Source: Verrucomicrobiota bacterium
GTDB lineage: Bacteria; Verrucomicrobiota; Verrucomicrobiia; Limisphaerales; Palsa-1400
Assembly: GCA_049510745.1 (NCBI GenBank)
Contig: JBEKYR010000045.1
Span: forward strand, 1-40,205
Reading direction: 5' to 3'
DNA length: 40,205 bases
Below, piece by piece: positions 17,963 to 31,400 of this stretch (the stretch's first letter is position 1; every line of letters begins with the position of its first letter). The notes below the pieces were generated by a model. The model was not told where the DNA came from. It ran no database searches and worked only from the letters and a program-made list of their open reading frames with translations. The translations under genes were made by a program, and so were the position numbers.

Positions 17963-18856
17963 TCAAACCGGTTTTTGCATGAGCGAGAGGTAAAAGCTTT
18001 CCAGCGTTTCCTGTTCCGGCGCGATCTCGAAAACCGGCTGCCGGGCCGCCACCAGCTTTTCCACAATTTGATCCGTGCCCACTCCCGGCGCGGGCCGGAT
18101 GAATTGGCCGTCCCGTTCGCCGTCGATCAGCTTCGCTTCGCGCAACAGCCGCGCCGCCTGCGAAAAAACGCCGGCGCGCAGCCGCACCCAGCCGCCGGCC
18201 TGCCGCGTTTGGGCCAGCGACCCCTCGAACACTTTGCGGCCCTGGTTCATCACGGCGATGCGCGTGCATAACTGCTCGACTTCGTTGAGCAAATGAGACG
18301 AGAGCAAAATGGTCAGGCCCAGTTCGCGGCGCAGGCGCAGGATGGTTTGGCGCATTTCGTGGATGCCTTCCGGGTCCAGTCCGTCGCCGGGTTCGTCCAG
18401 GATCAACAATTCGGGGCTGGGCAGCAGCGCCTGGGCCAGGGCCAGGCGTGTCCTCATGCCGTGCGAATAGGTGCCGACTTTGCCCTCTTCGCGCCCGCTC
18501 AAGCCGACCCACTCCATGATCTCGCCGATGCGCCGCGCCGGCGTGGGAGCGGTGTAATGGCTTAAAATTTCCAAATTGCGCCGCGCGCTCAGGTAATCGT
18601 AAAAAGCGGGCGCCTCGAAAATCGCGCCGACTTTTTGCAGCGCGCGCCGGCGGTCGCGCGTCACATCGTGGCCGCAGACGCGGATGTCGCCCGAGGTCGG
18701 CCAGACCTGGCCGAGCATCATGCCGATGGCCGTGCTTTTGCCGGCGCCGTTGTGGCCGAGCAACCCGAAAATCTCGCCCGCCGGGACGTGCAGCGTAAAA
18801 TCCTCCACCGCCGGGCGCCGGCCGAATTGTTTGTTGACATTCTTAAGATGGATCAT
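17963..18856 (-). CDS. ABC transporter ATP-binding protein
   Basis: GHNGAGKST Walker A, YSHGM signature, LILDEP Walker B and SSH switch. Its ATG overlaps the upstream TGA. Confidence 0.93.
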   Translation of the reverse strand: MIHLKNVNKQFGRRPAVEDFTLHVPAGEIFGLLGHNGAGKSTAIGMMLGQVWPTSGDIRVCGHDVTRDRRRALQKVGAIFEAPAFYDYLSARRNLEILSHYTAPTPARRIGEIMEWVGLSGREEGKVGTYSHGMRTRLALAQALLPSPELLILDEPGDGLDPEGIHEMRQTILRLRRELGLTILLSSHLLNEVEQLCTRIAVMNQGRKVFEGSLAQTRQAGGWVRLRAGVFSQAARLLREAKLIDGERDGQFIRPAPGVGTDQIVEKLVAARQPVFEIAPEQETLESFYLSLMQKPV

Positions 18857-19419
18857 GGGCGGGGCGCGCCGTTCTGTTCCGACCCCGGCAGAATCAGCAG
18901 GTTCTTGATGTGGCCGTCGGCGTACAAATAATTGACAGCTCGCTTGGCTCCCAGCGCGGCGTGAAACCCTTCCTTGTCGAAGACCAGCGGCGCCTTGGTG
19001 GTCGGCAGCCGCAGGGTGAAGATTTGCAGGGAATCGGCGTCCTGCCCGTTGACCAGGCTGTTCCACGCGTAACTGGAGCCGGTTTGCTCAAAAAGGCCCG
19101 GCCGGTCCGACGGGCAGCGCAAGACCGCCTGCGAGCCGAGCTGGTTGGAGAGCACCAGGTTGATGACGGGCAGGTTGGTGGGGGAGTTGGTCGCCAGGTC
19201 GTACACGGTCGGCAGGCGGTTTTTGTTTTCCTCGACGTACAGTTGCAGGGCCACGCCGATCTGATGGAGGTTGCTTTTGCACGCGGCCGACCGTCCGGAC
19301 TCGCTCGCCCGGCTCAGGGTGGGAAGCAGCACGGCGGCGAGAATGGCGATGATGGCGATGGTGACCAGCAGCTCGATGAGCGTGAAGGCCCGCGCCGCGG
19401 CGGCAGGATTGGGCCGCAT
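18853..19419 (-). CDS. Prepilin-type N-terminal cleavage/methylation protein with H-X9-DG motif
   Basis: [31 protein letters not shown] and C-terminal H...[10 protein letters not shown]. Confidence 0.9.
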   Translation of the reverse strand: MRPNPAAAARAFTLIELLVTIAIIAILAAVLLPTLSRASESGRSAACKSNLHQIGVALQLYVEENKNRLPTVYDLATNSPTNLPVINLVLSNQLGSQAVLRCPSDRPGLFEQTGSSYAWNSLVNGQDADSLQIFTLRLPTTKAPLVFDKEGFHAALGAKRAVNYLYADGHIKNLLILPGSEQNGAPRP

Positions 19420-20045
19420 CAATTGCCTCCGCGAAAAAGCCGGCCGGATTGCATGTTCTTTTGCACCTCCTCCAGCAGCGGCGCCAGTTCCGCCTTGGTT
19501 TCGGCCGAACTGTTGCCATAGACGGATTGCAGGCCGGTGAAGACGACCTTCTTTTGCAGGTCCTCGCTCAACACCGGGGCGTTGGTGTTGCGCGGCGCCG
19601 TTTTCTTTTGGAATTCCTCCGGCGTGGCGTCGCGCAGGTCCTTCAACTGTTTGATCGCCGTGTCAACCGCTTTCTGCCGCCGCTCCGGGGCCAGTTTCTC
19701 GAACGAGGCGAGCATTTGTTTGAAGCCCGAAGGCAGGGTGGCGTCGAGGAAGGCGGCCCGTTCGTCTTCGGTCATTTCATTGAACCATTGCGCCCAAAGC
19801 CGGTTCAGCCGGGCCTGCTGCCGTTCCTCCGGCGAGAGGGCGTTGATCATGTCGGCCAGCTCGCGCAAGGCCCGCGCCCGCGCCGTTCCCGGCAGCTTGT
19901 CCAAATCGGTCCCTTCGACAAACGCCCGCACCTTCTCCGCCGTCACCTTGAAATGCTGCGCCACGGCGTAGCCGCCCAGGGCGAGCAGCCAGACCGCCGC
20001 CACGGCCAGCAGCGCAAACAACCCCGCGCGTTGACGCCGATTCAT
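19419..20045 (-). CDS. Membrane-anchored alpha-helical hypothetical protein, first gene of the prepilin-ABC operon
   Basis: N-terminal TM helix and LSPEER/MTEDER/LAPERR repeats. TGATG overlap with the next gene. Confidence 0.75.
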   Translation of the reverse strand: MNRRQRAGLFALLAVAAVWLLALGGYAVAQHFKVTAEKVRAFVEGTDLDKLPGTARARALRELADMINALSPEERQQARLNRLWAQWFNEMTEDERAAFLDATLPSGFKQMLASFEKLAPERRQKAVDTAIKQLKDLRDATPEEFQKKTAPRNTNAPVLSEDLQKKVVFTGLQSVYGNSSAETKAELAPLLEEVQKNMQSGRLFRGGN

Positions 20046-20117
20046 GCGCGTGACTTTGCCGGAAACGACGACAAAATGCAAATCGGTTATGACCTCGCTT
20101 GCGAGGAAGCCCACAAA

Positions 20118-20216
20118 AATGACGAAGCGCCAATGACGAAATTTATGCGGGCCGGCCGTTCGTCATTGAGTCATTTGAGCATTGTTTCGTCATTAGTGCT
20201 TCGTCCTTCGTCATTT
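20118..20216. repeat. Inverted array of AATGACGAA / TTCGTCATT heptamer-type repeats
   Basis: Two AATGACGAA copies on the left and several TTCGTCATT copies on the right. Confidence 0.7.
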
Positions 20217-20266
20217 TCCCCGGTCCAAGGCCCTGCAAGTTGTGGACGTACCCGTTACATATCTTC

Positions 20267-20320
20267 ATATCAAGATATATTGATTTTTAGCTTGCGCCCC
20301 CGTCGAAACCGGCCTATGAT
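20267..20320 (+). promoter_or_regulatory. metH promoter with a palindromic operator (SahR-like)
   Basis: ATATCAAGATATATTGATTT (ATCAA-N6-TTGAT) at 20267-20286, followed by TTGCGC-N17-TATGAT (20292-20320), ending 9 nt before the ATG. Confidence 0.55.
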
Positions 20321-20329
20321 CGTCTCATC

Positions 20330-24058
<3,729 letters not shown>

Positions 24059-24142
24059 GGATTCGACGCCTCCTATTGCGTTCGTGGAGAAGGGCGTGGA
24101 GCCGTGGGAGCGGCATGCCCAACGGAGGGGCATTCCACCATT

Positions 24143-24164
24143 CCCGGTGCTTCCAAGCACCGGG
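24143..24164. terminator. Hairpin between the convergent metH and vapC genes
   Basis: CCCGGTGCTT-CC-AAGCACCGGG perfect inverted repeat. Could be a terminator or a REP-like palindrome. Confidence 0.4.
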
Positions 24165-24176
24165 CTTAAAACGAGA

Positions 24177-24593
24177 TCAGAGCAGTTTGAGGCCGCATCG
24201 CTCCCCCGCGCTTCTCAGCGCCTCGTCTCGTGACGCGAGCGACATTTTGCGGCGCAGCGCAAGTTCCAGGTAGGTGGCGTCATATACTGAAAGCCCGTAT
24301 TTCTCGGCTAGTTCACTGATTTTATCGAATGCGTTTCGCGCCGCCTCTTCGTCCACCGTGAATCGCATGGCGGTCAATTTCTCCAAGGCCGCTTTTCTCT
24401 CTGTCGCCGTGAGTCTGTGCCGGCGCTGCGCAACCAAAAGAACGTTCGCCATCTCCAGGAACCAGAACGACGGCACCGCGACCCTCACACCCGAAGCAAC
24501 CTCCTGTAGCAGCTCATCGGTTTCAGGGGTCGCCTGATCGCGATAGACCCAGGAAAACCCCACGGACGCATCAGCGACAAAACCCGCGCTCAA
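24177..24593 (-). CDS. vapC: VapC family PIN-domain toxin
   Basis: FVADASV, E.ANVL, GLSVYDATYLELA and LASRDEAL. Its TTG start overlaps the antitoxin stop. Confidence 0.9.
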   Translation of the reverse strand: MSAGFVADASVGFSWVYRDQATPETDELLQEVASGVRVAVPSFWFLEMANVLLVAQRRHRLTATERKAALEKLTAMRFTVDEEAARNAFDKISELAEKYGLSVYDATYLELALRRKMSLASRDEALRSAGERCGLKLL

Positions 24594-24853
24594 CGCCGCC
24601 CCTCCTCGATCCAGGATTTGACTTCCGCGCGGGTAAGTTTTGGCTTTCCCTTGTTCCGCGCGCCAATTTCCCTGCTCAACTCGATAAGTCCGGCGACGGC
24701 TTCGCGCACGGATTCCAGATTTCGAGCACCTTCGGGCACCAATCGCGCCACCGGTTTTTCGTGCCGGGTAATGATGACCTCTTCGCCTCGCGCAACCCTT
24801 TCGAGAAGCCGGCCAAAGCGGGTTTTTGCCTCAAATGCAGTCACGCTTTCCAT
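24590..24853 (-). CDS. Phd/YefM family antitoxin
   Basis: MESVTAFEAKTRFGRLLERVARGEEVIITRHEKPVARLVP. Two GTCAATTT direct repeats just upstream may be an autoregulatory operator. Confidence 0.9.
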   Translation of the reverse strand: MESVTAFEAKTRFGRLLERVARGEEVIITRHEKPVARLVPEGARNLESVREAVAGLIELSREIGARNKGKPKLTRAEVKSWIEEGRR

Positions 24854-25039
24854 AAATTGACTCAAGTAAATTGACCAATTACCAGCTAACTTGCCACAGT
24901 CACTCCCTGTTCCGCAACTCAAAACCAACGCGGGCAATTCCCTCCCCGCTCCTTAGCGATTTTTTCGGGAATCTTTCGTCCGAGCCTGGCCCGCCTGTTG
25001 GGTGAGTCCGCAAGCACATCGCCAAGGAAGCGGGCGCGG

Positions 25040-28000
25040 TTACTTCGTCCGGAAATCGTAGTCGCCGGAGCCGACCTCGAAGACGGACGCGTCGCCGTCC
25101 ATGCGCAGAAAGGTCACGCCGCGAGCCAGTCCGACCAGCTTGCTGCCTTCATACAGCCGTTCGGGCGTGACTCCGGGGACGCGGACGGTGGCGGTGGTGT
25201 TCGCCGGCACGGAAACCTTCAACCGCAGGCCGCTTCCGTTCCGGCTCCAGTGCGTTTCAATCGGGCCGCGGATGCTGTCGTAGGTCGTGTCGGCGGAAGA
25301 AAGCGCGGGGTCCAGTTGCGGGGCGATGAGGAGATGATGGTAGGCCGGTCCGTCGCTGCGGATGCCGCCGAGGTTCTCGACCATCCATTGATAAACGGCC
25401 CCGAAGGAGTAGTGCGCGAACGAATTCATGCCGGGGTCCTGGAAGCCTTTGTCGGGCGTCCATCCGTCCCATCGTTCCCAAATGCTGGTCGCGCCCTGTT
25501 TGATGGAAAATCCCCAGGAGGGAAACGTCTCGTTGTGAATCAGCCGCTCCGCCACGTCGTTGCGCCCCATTTGCGCCAGCGCCAGCATCAGGCTCTTGGT
25601 GCCGATAAACCCGGTGGACAGATGCCAGCCGCGCCGCTCGATGTTTTCCACCAAATGCTGCGCGGCGAGTTTTTGCTGGTCAGCGTCCAGCAAATCAAAC
25701 GAGAGCGCCAGCACATAATCGGTTTGCGTGTCGCCCTCGATGCGCCCGTCGGCGGCGACGTAGGCGCGATTGAAGGCGGCCTTGATCCGGTCGAAGAGGG
25801 CGTTGTATTTGGCGGCCTCCCCGCTTTTGCCCAGGACCGCGGCGATGCGCGCCAGCAATTTGGTGCTGCCGGCAAAATAGGCGGTGCAGATGACCGGCTT
25901 GGGCGTTTCGTCCTTGATGTGCAGCCAGTCGCCGAAGCAATGGAATTTCTCCGGCGGAAGCAACTCGGGCGTCGAGCGGTTTTTGCAGAAATCAATGAAC
26001 CGCGCCATCGAGTCGTAATGTTTCTCCAGGATGCGCTCGTCGCCATAGACTTCGTAAATCGTCCACGGACAAATCACCCCCGCGTCCGCCCAGGCCGGGC
26101 CGCCGTCGTCGCCGGAGACTTTCAGCGGCGCGACCGTCGGAAACTCGCCGTCCGCACGCTGGCCGTCGGCCACATCGACGAGCCATTTGGTGAAAAAGGC
26201 CTGCACGTCCTCGTGCAGTGTCGCGGCGCGGATATAAACCTGGGCGTCACCCATCCAGCCCAGCCGTTCGTCCCGTTGCGGGCAATCGGTCGGGATGTCG
26301 ATGAAGTTGGCGCGTTGCGTCCAATAGGTATTTTGAGCCAGACGATTGAGCATCGGGTCCGAGCAGGTGAACGTGCCCGCCTCAGCCGTCGCGCTGCTGA
26401 AGGCGACGCCGGTGAGGGTGTCGTTGGCGGGCCGTTCTTTGAGGCCGGTGATTTCCGCGTACTGGAATCCATGGAAAGTCAGGCGCGGCTCCCAAGTCTC
26501 AACGCCGTGGCCGCGGCAGATATAGGTGTCGGTCGCGCGCGCGCCGCGCAGATTGACTGTATAGATGGTGCCGTCGGGATTCAATCGTTCGGCGAACCGC
26601 AGCCTGATTTCCTGGCCCGGTTGGCCGGAGATTTTCAACCGCGCCACTCCGGCGAAATTCTGGCCAAAGTCAACTACATAGGCGTACGGCGTCGGTTCGG
26701 TGATGTTTTTCGCCGCCAGCGCGGCGAAGGCCCGCACCGGCGGCCCCGGATGGGCCTCGATCAGGGGATTCAGTTCGGCCCCGGTCACGACCGCCTCCCA
26801 CTTGCTCTGGTCGAAGCCCGGTTCGTCCCATTCATCGGCCAGCCGCGCGTCATATTTTTCCCCCATGAGCAAATCCGCTTCCCGGATCGGGCCGCCCGAC
26901 GCCCTCCAGTCGGGGCCGGTCGCGATGATTTCGTCCGAGCCGTCGGCGTAGTGGATTTGCAACTGGCCGAGGAAACGGGGTTGGTTGCCGTAATGATCGC
27001 GCGCCAGCCCCCACCCGACGAACCCGCTGAACCAGCCGTCGGCCAGGATCGCTCCCAGCGCATTGCGTCCGCGCCGGATTTGTTTCGTCACGTCGTACGC
27101 GCGGTAGTGGACGCGCTTGGGGTAATCGGTCCAACCCGGCGTAAACAAGTCGTCGCTGACGCGGTGGCCGTTGAGGTGGAGTTCAACCAGTCCGAGGGCG
27201 GTGGCGTAAAGCGTGGCGCGCTGCACCCGTTTGGCAACGTCGAACTCCCGGCGCAAATAAGACGGCGGCGGCAGGGACATGGTGGTGTAATTCAAATTGC
27301 CCCACGGCGCGCATCCGGCCGGGCCGATGATCTGCGCGGCCGGCCACTCCGTCGGACCGATGGGCCGCTTCTGCCAATCGGTTCCGCCCTCGTTGGTCGC
27401 CCGCCACGAATCGTCCGTCACCAGGGTATTGGTCCTCTGGCCATCGGAAACGACCGTCAATTTGGCGATCAATCCGGCCGGCCCGGCGGCGGCTGTTTCC
27501 ACCGACACCCGGACGAAGTTGGACCCCGGCTTGAGCAGCGAAGTGACATCCACCAGGCGCGCGGTGTTGGCCGCGCTGCTCTGGGGCATCTGCACGGGCA
27601 CGCCATTGATATTGAAGAACACCCGGTCCGCGGCCGCCACCAGCAACTCCGCCTTGCCGATGCTGGCGTTCTCAGGCGCCTCCAGCGTGCTCATAAAATA
27701 ACGCGTCCCTTTGGGAATGTCCGGAAACGTGTCGCCGGCGCACCAAATCCATTGGGCGCGGTCGAACACCGCAGGCAAGGCAATTTCCCGGCGCATCTGG
27801 TCGTAGCCGATCCAGCAACCCCGCCAGTCGGCCGGCTGCAACAAACCCATCGACCAGAGCGCCGGCTCGCTCCAGGCGGACACTTTGCCCTCGGCATCCC
27901 AAACCCTGACCTTCCAATGACAAACCTCGCCCGAAACCAGCCGGCTCCCGCCATAGACCGCGCCAATGGTCTCGGCGCCATCGACTCGCCCGCTGTCCCA

Positions 28001-28267
28001 GAGGTCGCCTTGGTTGCCGTCCAGATTTCGGGCGGTGCTGGCCACGAGAATCTGCCAGGCCGTTTGCCTTTCCGCGCGGCGGCTCGAACGGAGGCGCCAG
28101 GACAGGCGCGGCGCGCTTTCATCGATCCCCAGCGGATCGACCTGGTACTCGCAGCGCAGGGAATAGGGAACGAGCCGCGGGGCGGCGGCGGCGGGTTTGG
28201 GCAAGGCGAGCAAGGCCGCGGATAGGGCCAGGAGCCAGGCGACGGGGCGGCGTATTCTATTCATCAT
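25040..28267 (-). CDS. Secreted alpha-L-rhamnosidase (GH78)
   Basis: Signal peptide, LRCEY..DPLGID...PRLSW, DFGQNFAG, PTDCPQRDERLGWMGD, GATSIWERWD and MNSFAHY. Confidence 0.93.
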   Translation of the reverse strand: MMNRIRRPVAWLLALSAALLALPKPAAAAPRLVPYSLRCEYQVDPLGIDESAPRLSWRLRSSRRAERQTAWQILVASTARNLDGNQGDLWDSGRVDGAETIGAVYGGSRLVSGEVCHWKVRVWDAEGKVSAWSEPALWSMGLLQPADWRGCWIGYDQMRREIALPAVFDRAQWIWCAGDTFPDIPKGTRYFMSTLEAPENASIGKAELLVAAADRVFFNINGVPVQMPQSSAANTARLVDVTSLLKPGSNFVRVSVETAAAGPAGLIAKLTVVSDGQRTNTLVTDDSWRATNEGGTDWQKRPIGPTEWPAAQIIGPAGCAPWGNLNYTTMSLPPPSYLRREFDVAKRVQRATLYATALGLVELHLNGHRVSDDLFTPGWTDYPKRVHYRAYDVTKQIRRGRNALGAILADGWFSGFVGWGLARDHYGNQPRFLGQLQIHYADGSDEIIATGPDWRASGGPIREADLLMGEKYDARLADEWDEPGFDQSKWEAVVTGAELNPLIEAHPGPPVRAFAALAAKNITEPTPYAYVVDFGQNFAGVARLKISGQPGQEIRLRFAERLNPDGTIYTVNLRGARATDTYICRGHGVETWEPRLTFHGFQYAEITGLKERPANDTLTGVAFSSATAEAGTFTCSDPMLNRLAQNTYWTQRANFIDIPTDCPQRDERLGWMGDAQVYIRAATLHEDVQAFFTKWLVDVADGQRADGEFPTVAPLKVSGDDGGPAWADAGVICPWTIYEVYGDERILEKHYDSMARFIDFCKNRSTPELLPPEKFHCFGDWLHIKDETPKPVICTAYFAGSTKLLARIAAVLGKSGEAAKYNALFDRIKAAFNRAYVAADGRIEGDTQTDYVLALSFDLLDADQQKLAAQHLVENIERRGWHLSTGFIGTKSLMLALAQMGRNDVAERLIHNETFPSWGFSIKQGATSIWERWDGWTPDKGFQDPGMNSFAHYSFGAVYQWMVENLGGIRSDGPAYHHLLIAPQLDPALSSADTTYDSIRGPIETHWSRNGSGLRLKVSVPANTTATVRVPGVTPERLYEGSKLVGLARGVTFLRMDGDASVFEVGSGDYDFRTK

Positions 28268-28370
28268 GGCGAAAATTGAGACGACGAAAGTTCATTTCAA
28301 GCGGTTTCACGGCCAACGAGACATGCGCCGCAGTCTGCCGCCGACTTGGCCGCGTGCCAAGCGGAAACTC

Positions 28371-28484
28371 CCAAATCCTAAGAACCGTTGCAGTACATCC
28401 CGGGGAGAGCGCGCGCCCTCGCGTGCAGCGGTCGGCGCCCCCGCCGACCGCTTCTTCGCTCTCCTATGCGTTACGAGGATTTGG
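28371..28484. mobile_element. 114-bp MITE-like element carrying a REP-like double hairpin
   Basis: 9-bp terminal inverted repeats CCAAATCCT/AGGATTTGG, flanked by a GAAACTC direct repeat (28364-28370 and 28485-28491). The internal double hairpin at 28402-28451 is homologous to 14865-14913. Confidence 0.65.
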
Positions 28485-28534
28485 GAAACTCGACGGGAGT
28501 TGAAATTTTCCGCGAACTGGTATAATTACCGCCG

Positions 28535-28900
28535 ATGCCGACATACGAATACGTCTGCTCGAAATGCGAGCACCATTTTGAAAAGATTCAACGGATTACC
28601 GACAAGCCGTTGAAAATCTGTCCCAAGGAACTTTGCCACCTCAACCCGTGGGGCAAGGGAAAAGTCACGCGGGCGATCAGCACGGGCGGCGGCCTGATTT
28701 TCAAAGGCAGCGGTTTCTACAGCACCGATTACCGCAGTGACAACTATAAGGCGGGCGCGAAAAAAGAAGCCGCCTCCGCCTCCGGCGCTTCGTCGGAAGG
28801 CGCCAAGAAAGAAACCAAAACCAGCGACACCGCCGCGCCAAAAACCCCCGCCCCGGCGCCCGCCCCATCCACCGGGCCGTCCTCGCCGAAGAGCGGTTAA
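28535..28900 (+). CDS. FmdB family zinc-ribbon protein
   Basis: MPTYEYVCSKCEHHFE..Q.I.D.PL..CP, then FKGSGFYSTDY and an Ala/Pro/Ser-rich tail. TGG-TATAAT at 28518-28526 lies just upstream. Confidence 0.9.
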   Translation: MPTYEYVCSKCEHHFEKIQRITDKPLKICPKELCHLNPWGKGKVTRAISTGGGLIFKGSGFYSTDYRSDNYKAGAKKEAASASGASSEGAKKETKTSDTAAPKTPAPAPAPSTGPSSPKSG

Positions 28901-29122
28901 AACTGACTCAACCTGAAGTTTCCCGAGCTTTTGGAAAGCTGGCTGATCGGCGAAAAATTCTCGGGTGCTTCATTGCTTGTCATTGCGGTGCTGGGCTGTT
29001 AATCTTCCGGGTATTCTCATGAAGAAAAGCGACCCATCCCTGACGGCGAAGCGCGACGCAGGCGCGGTCCCGCAAAGCGGGCGCGGTAGGTCAGGCGCAC
29101 AGACAACGAAGTAATTCTCGAA

Positions 29123-29206
29123 TTGGCTCTGCATCCTGATTTCCCAAGATCGCCTTACGCGCCGCTGATTCCTGAGCAGCGTCGGTTTACTGACTACAAA
29201 GGATAA
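29123..29206 (+). pseudogene. N-terminal remnant of a type III restriction (Res) subunit
   Basis: Translates (M)ALHPDFPRSPYAPLIPEQRRF, which resembles the recalled MALHPDFPxSPY...P..RWFP start of type III Res/helicase proteins. Truncated after about 22 codons. Confidence 0.6.
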
Positions 29207-29208
29207 CC

Positions 29209-30108
29209 ATGAGTGAAGCCAGCCAAAACCCCGAAACCCGCATCGCCCTGTTCCAGCGAAACGAAGTCCGCCGGACCATTCACAACAATGAATGGTGGTT
29301 CGTCATCACAGATGTCATTACCGTGTTGACCGATTCCGTTGATGCCAGTGACTATTTGAAAAAACTCCGCAAGCGCGACCCGTCCCTGGGCGAAGTTTTC
29401 AAAGGGGGGGGGCAAACTGTCCCCCCCCTTGGCCTTGAGTTTGACACGGCGGGCGGACGCCAGTTGCTTCAATGCTGGAACACCGAAGGCATCTTCCGCC
29501 TCATCCAATCCATCCCCAGCCCCAAGGCCGAACCGTTCAAACGGTGGCTGGCCAGGGTGGGCTACGAACGCATCCAGGAAATTGAAGACCCGGAACTGGC
29601 CACCAAACGCACCCGCGCCCTCTACAAAGCCAAGGGCTACTCCGACGACTGGATCGAGAAACGGATGCGATCCATCGCCATCCGCGACGAACTGACCGGC
29701 GAGTGGAAAAAGCGCGGCGTCAAGGAGCAGCGCGAATATGCCATCCTCACCGCTGAAATCTCTAAAGCCGCCTTCGGCCTTACGCCCAGCCAATACGCCG
29801 AGTACAAGCGCCTCAAGCGCGAGAACCTGCGCGACCACATGACGGACCTCGAACTCATCTTCTCCATGTTGGGTGAAGCCTCCACCACCGAAATCGCCCG
29901 CACCCGCGACGCCCAGGGCTTTCCCCAGAACAAACAAACCGCCCGCGAAGGCGGCGCGGTTGCCGGCAATGCCCGGCGCGAACTGGAAAAGAAAAGCGGA
30001 CGCAAAGTTGTCACCACTGAAAATTATCTCGCCCTCACGCAATCAGCGAAGAAAGTCCAACCCCTGCAAGACAAGGCCGCCACAAAGCCGCGCGCCCAAA
30101 AACCGTGA
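29209..30108 (+). CDS. Bro-N domain (phage antirepressor-like) DNA-binding protein
   Basis: F....VR......WWFVITDVI..LT, IFRLIQSIPSPKAEPFKRWLA, YKAKGYS..WI..R and LRDHMTDLELIF.MLGEASTTEI. Confidence 0.88.
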   Translation: MSEASQNPETRIALFQRNEVRRTIHNNEWWFVITDVITVLTDSVDASDYLKKLRKRDPSLGEVFKGGGQTVPPLGLEFDTAGGRQLLQCWNTEGIFRLIQSIPSPKAEPFKRWLARVGYERIQEIEDPELATKRTRALYKAKGYSDDWIEKRMRSIAIRDELTGEWKKRGVKEQREYAILTAEISKAAFGLTPSQYAEYKRLKRENLRDHMTDLELIFSMLGEASTTEIARTRDAQGFPQNKQTAREGGAVAGNARRELEKKSGRKVVTTENYLALTQSAKKVQPLQDKAATKPRAQKP

Positions 30109-30184
30109 CGATACCACAAAAAAAGGAGCGGCCAGGGGCCACGCCGCAGGCCCGGATAAGGTCCGAACCGCTCCGGTCGCTTTA

Positions 30185-30283
30185 AATACCTGCGCCAAGA
30201 GCGGGCGGTACGTAATCGCGGTGAAGGCGGTTGGCATTTTCGGCAACGAGACCATGACGCTCGTGCCGGTGACGGTCGGTTGA
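30185..30283 (+). pseudogene. C-terminal remnant of a type III-associated DNA methyltransferase (Mod)
   Basis: KSGRYVIAVKAVGIFGNETMTLVPVTVG* resembles the recalled GRYxxAVKVxDIFGNDTMTLVPVxVG C-terminus. No start codon or catalytic domain is present. Confidence 0.7.
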
Positions 30284-30380
30284 AGCATGGACGGCAAGGC
30301 AAATGCAGCCCCCGAAATCCTCCGGGGTGAAATAAAAGGGGTATCTTGCCCGACAGCAAAAACGCATGTATTGTGAAACC

Positions 30381-30635
30381 ATGATCGAATCAACCGCCGC
30401 AAACATGGCCCGGCATTTCACCGAATTCCTGGCCAAAGTTGAGCGTGGCGAGACTATCCGAATCCGCGATCGGGGACGGATGGTCGCCCGCATGGTGCCG
30501 GACTGTGATTTTATGCCGGGACAACAGGCGGCGGAGTTGTTCAAGGGACATCGGGCCGACGCCGACGCCGCCGATGCCATAGCGAGCGAACTCGGAAAGC
30601 TCGATCTGGAATCCGAAAATGCCCTGGATCATTGA
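30381..30635 (+). CDS. Phd/YefM-like antitoxin
   Basis: MIESTAANMARHFTEFLAKVERGETIRIRDRGRMVARMVP. TTGCCC-N17-TATTGT lies just upstream. Confidence 0.82.
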   Translation: MIESTAANMARHFTEFLAKVERGETIRIRDRGRMVARMVPDCDFMPGQQAAELFKGHRADADAADAIASELGKLDLESENALDH

Positions 30636-31074
30636 CACGGATATTTTCATCGAAGGCGAACGCGGCAACGTTGCGTTCGTCGGGTGGCTCCAGAGCGCGG
30701 ATGGAGTTGCGACAGCCGACGTCGTTCGCGGCGAATTCCTTATCGGGGCTCATGCGGTGGCAGACGAAACCGTTCGTCAAAGAGGTGTTCAGTTTTACTC
30801 AGAACGCATTGCTGGCTTGCCGTCCTTTTCCTCCGAACCGGCCGATTATGCCAAAGCGGCCGCGTTGGCTGGCGATGCGCGCCGTCACGGCAAAGGCAAA
30901 CCTGGACTGATTGACGGCCTGATCGCCGCGATTGCGCTTCGAACCGGCGCGACAGTCGCCACGCAGAACACCAAAGACTTTGACGCGATGGGCTGTCCCA
31001 GCGCAAATCCGCTTTTGAAAAAATTGAAGTCAGAGGAATGTTTGTCAGGAATGGGAAGAACAGCGTGCAGATAA
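30619..31074 (+). CDS. vapC: VapC family PIN-domain toxin
   Basis: IIDTDIFI, E, IDGLIAAIAL...ATVATQNTKDF. Overlaps the antitoxin gene. Confidence 0.88.
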   Translation: MPWIIDTDIFIEGERGNVAFVGWLQSADGVATADVVRGEFLIGAHAVADETVRQRGVQFYSERIAGLPSFSSEPADYAKAAALAGDARRHGKGKPGLIDGLIAAIALRTGATVATQNTKDFDAMGCPSANPLLKKLKSEECLSGMGRTACR

Positions 31075-31100
31075 TTCCCCTGCCAATCATTCCCTTGACT
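31029..31100. repeat. Imperfect palindromic repeat overlapping the PIN gene 3' end
   Basis: GTCAGAGGAATGTTTGTCAGGAAT pairs imperfectly with ATTCCCCTGCCAATCATTCCCTTGAC. Confidence 0.5.
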
Positions 31101-31400
31101 CCTCCGGTTTTTCCGTCCTCCATTTTGGCTTTGCTTGCGGCTGGCCGCGCTGCGAACTTCTGACCGCGTGCGACTCTCTTGCCGGTCTTGTTCGGGACCC
31201 GGACAGTGGCGCCGTCGAACCTCTTTCGCTCGAGCAATTCCCTCGCCGCGTCGAGCCGGCTCGCGGTCGATGAGGGCAAAAGTGGTTGAGACGTTTCCGC
31301 TCGAAAGACCACTTTGCCAGCAATCTGTATTACAGTGCCGATTATCGGGTTGACACCAGCGTCCCGGTGTGGCTCAGTTCTCATCGTTGGACAACCATGT

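Noticed and set aside
24998..28225. 1075-aa + strand ORF with the same length as the GH78 gene
   Set aside because: Antisense shadow of a well-supported GC-rich gene with no recognisable motifs; the equal length is coincidental.
30125..30174. GGAGCGG...CCGCTCC inverted repeat at the Mod deletion junction
   Set aside because: Only 7 bp with no target duplication; too weak to call an element.
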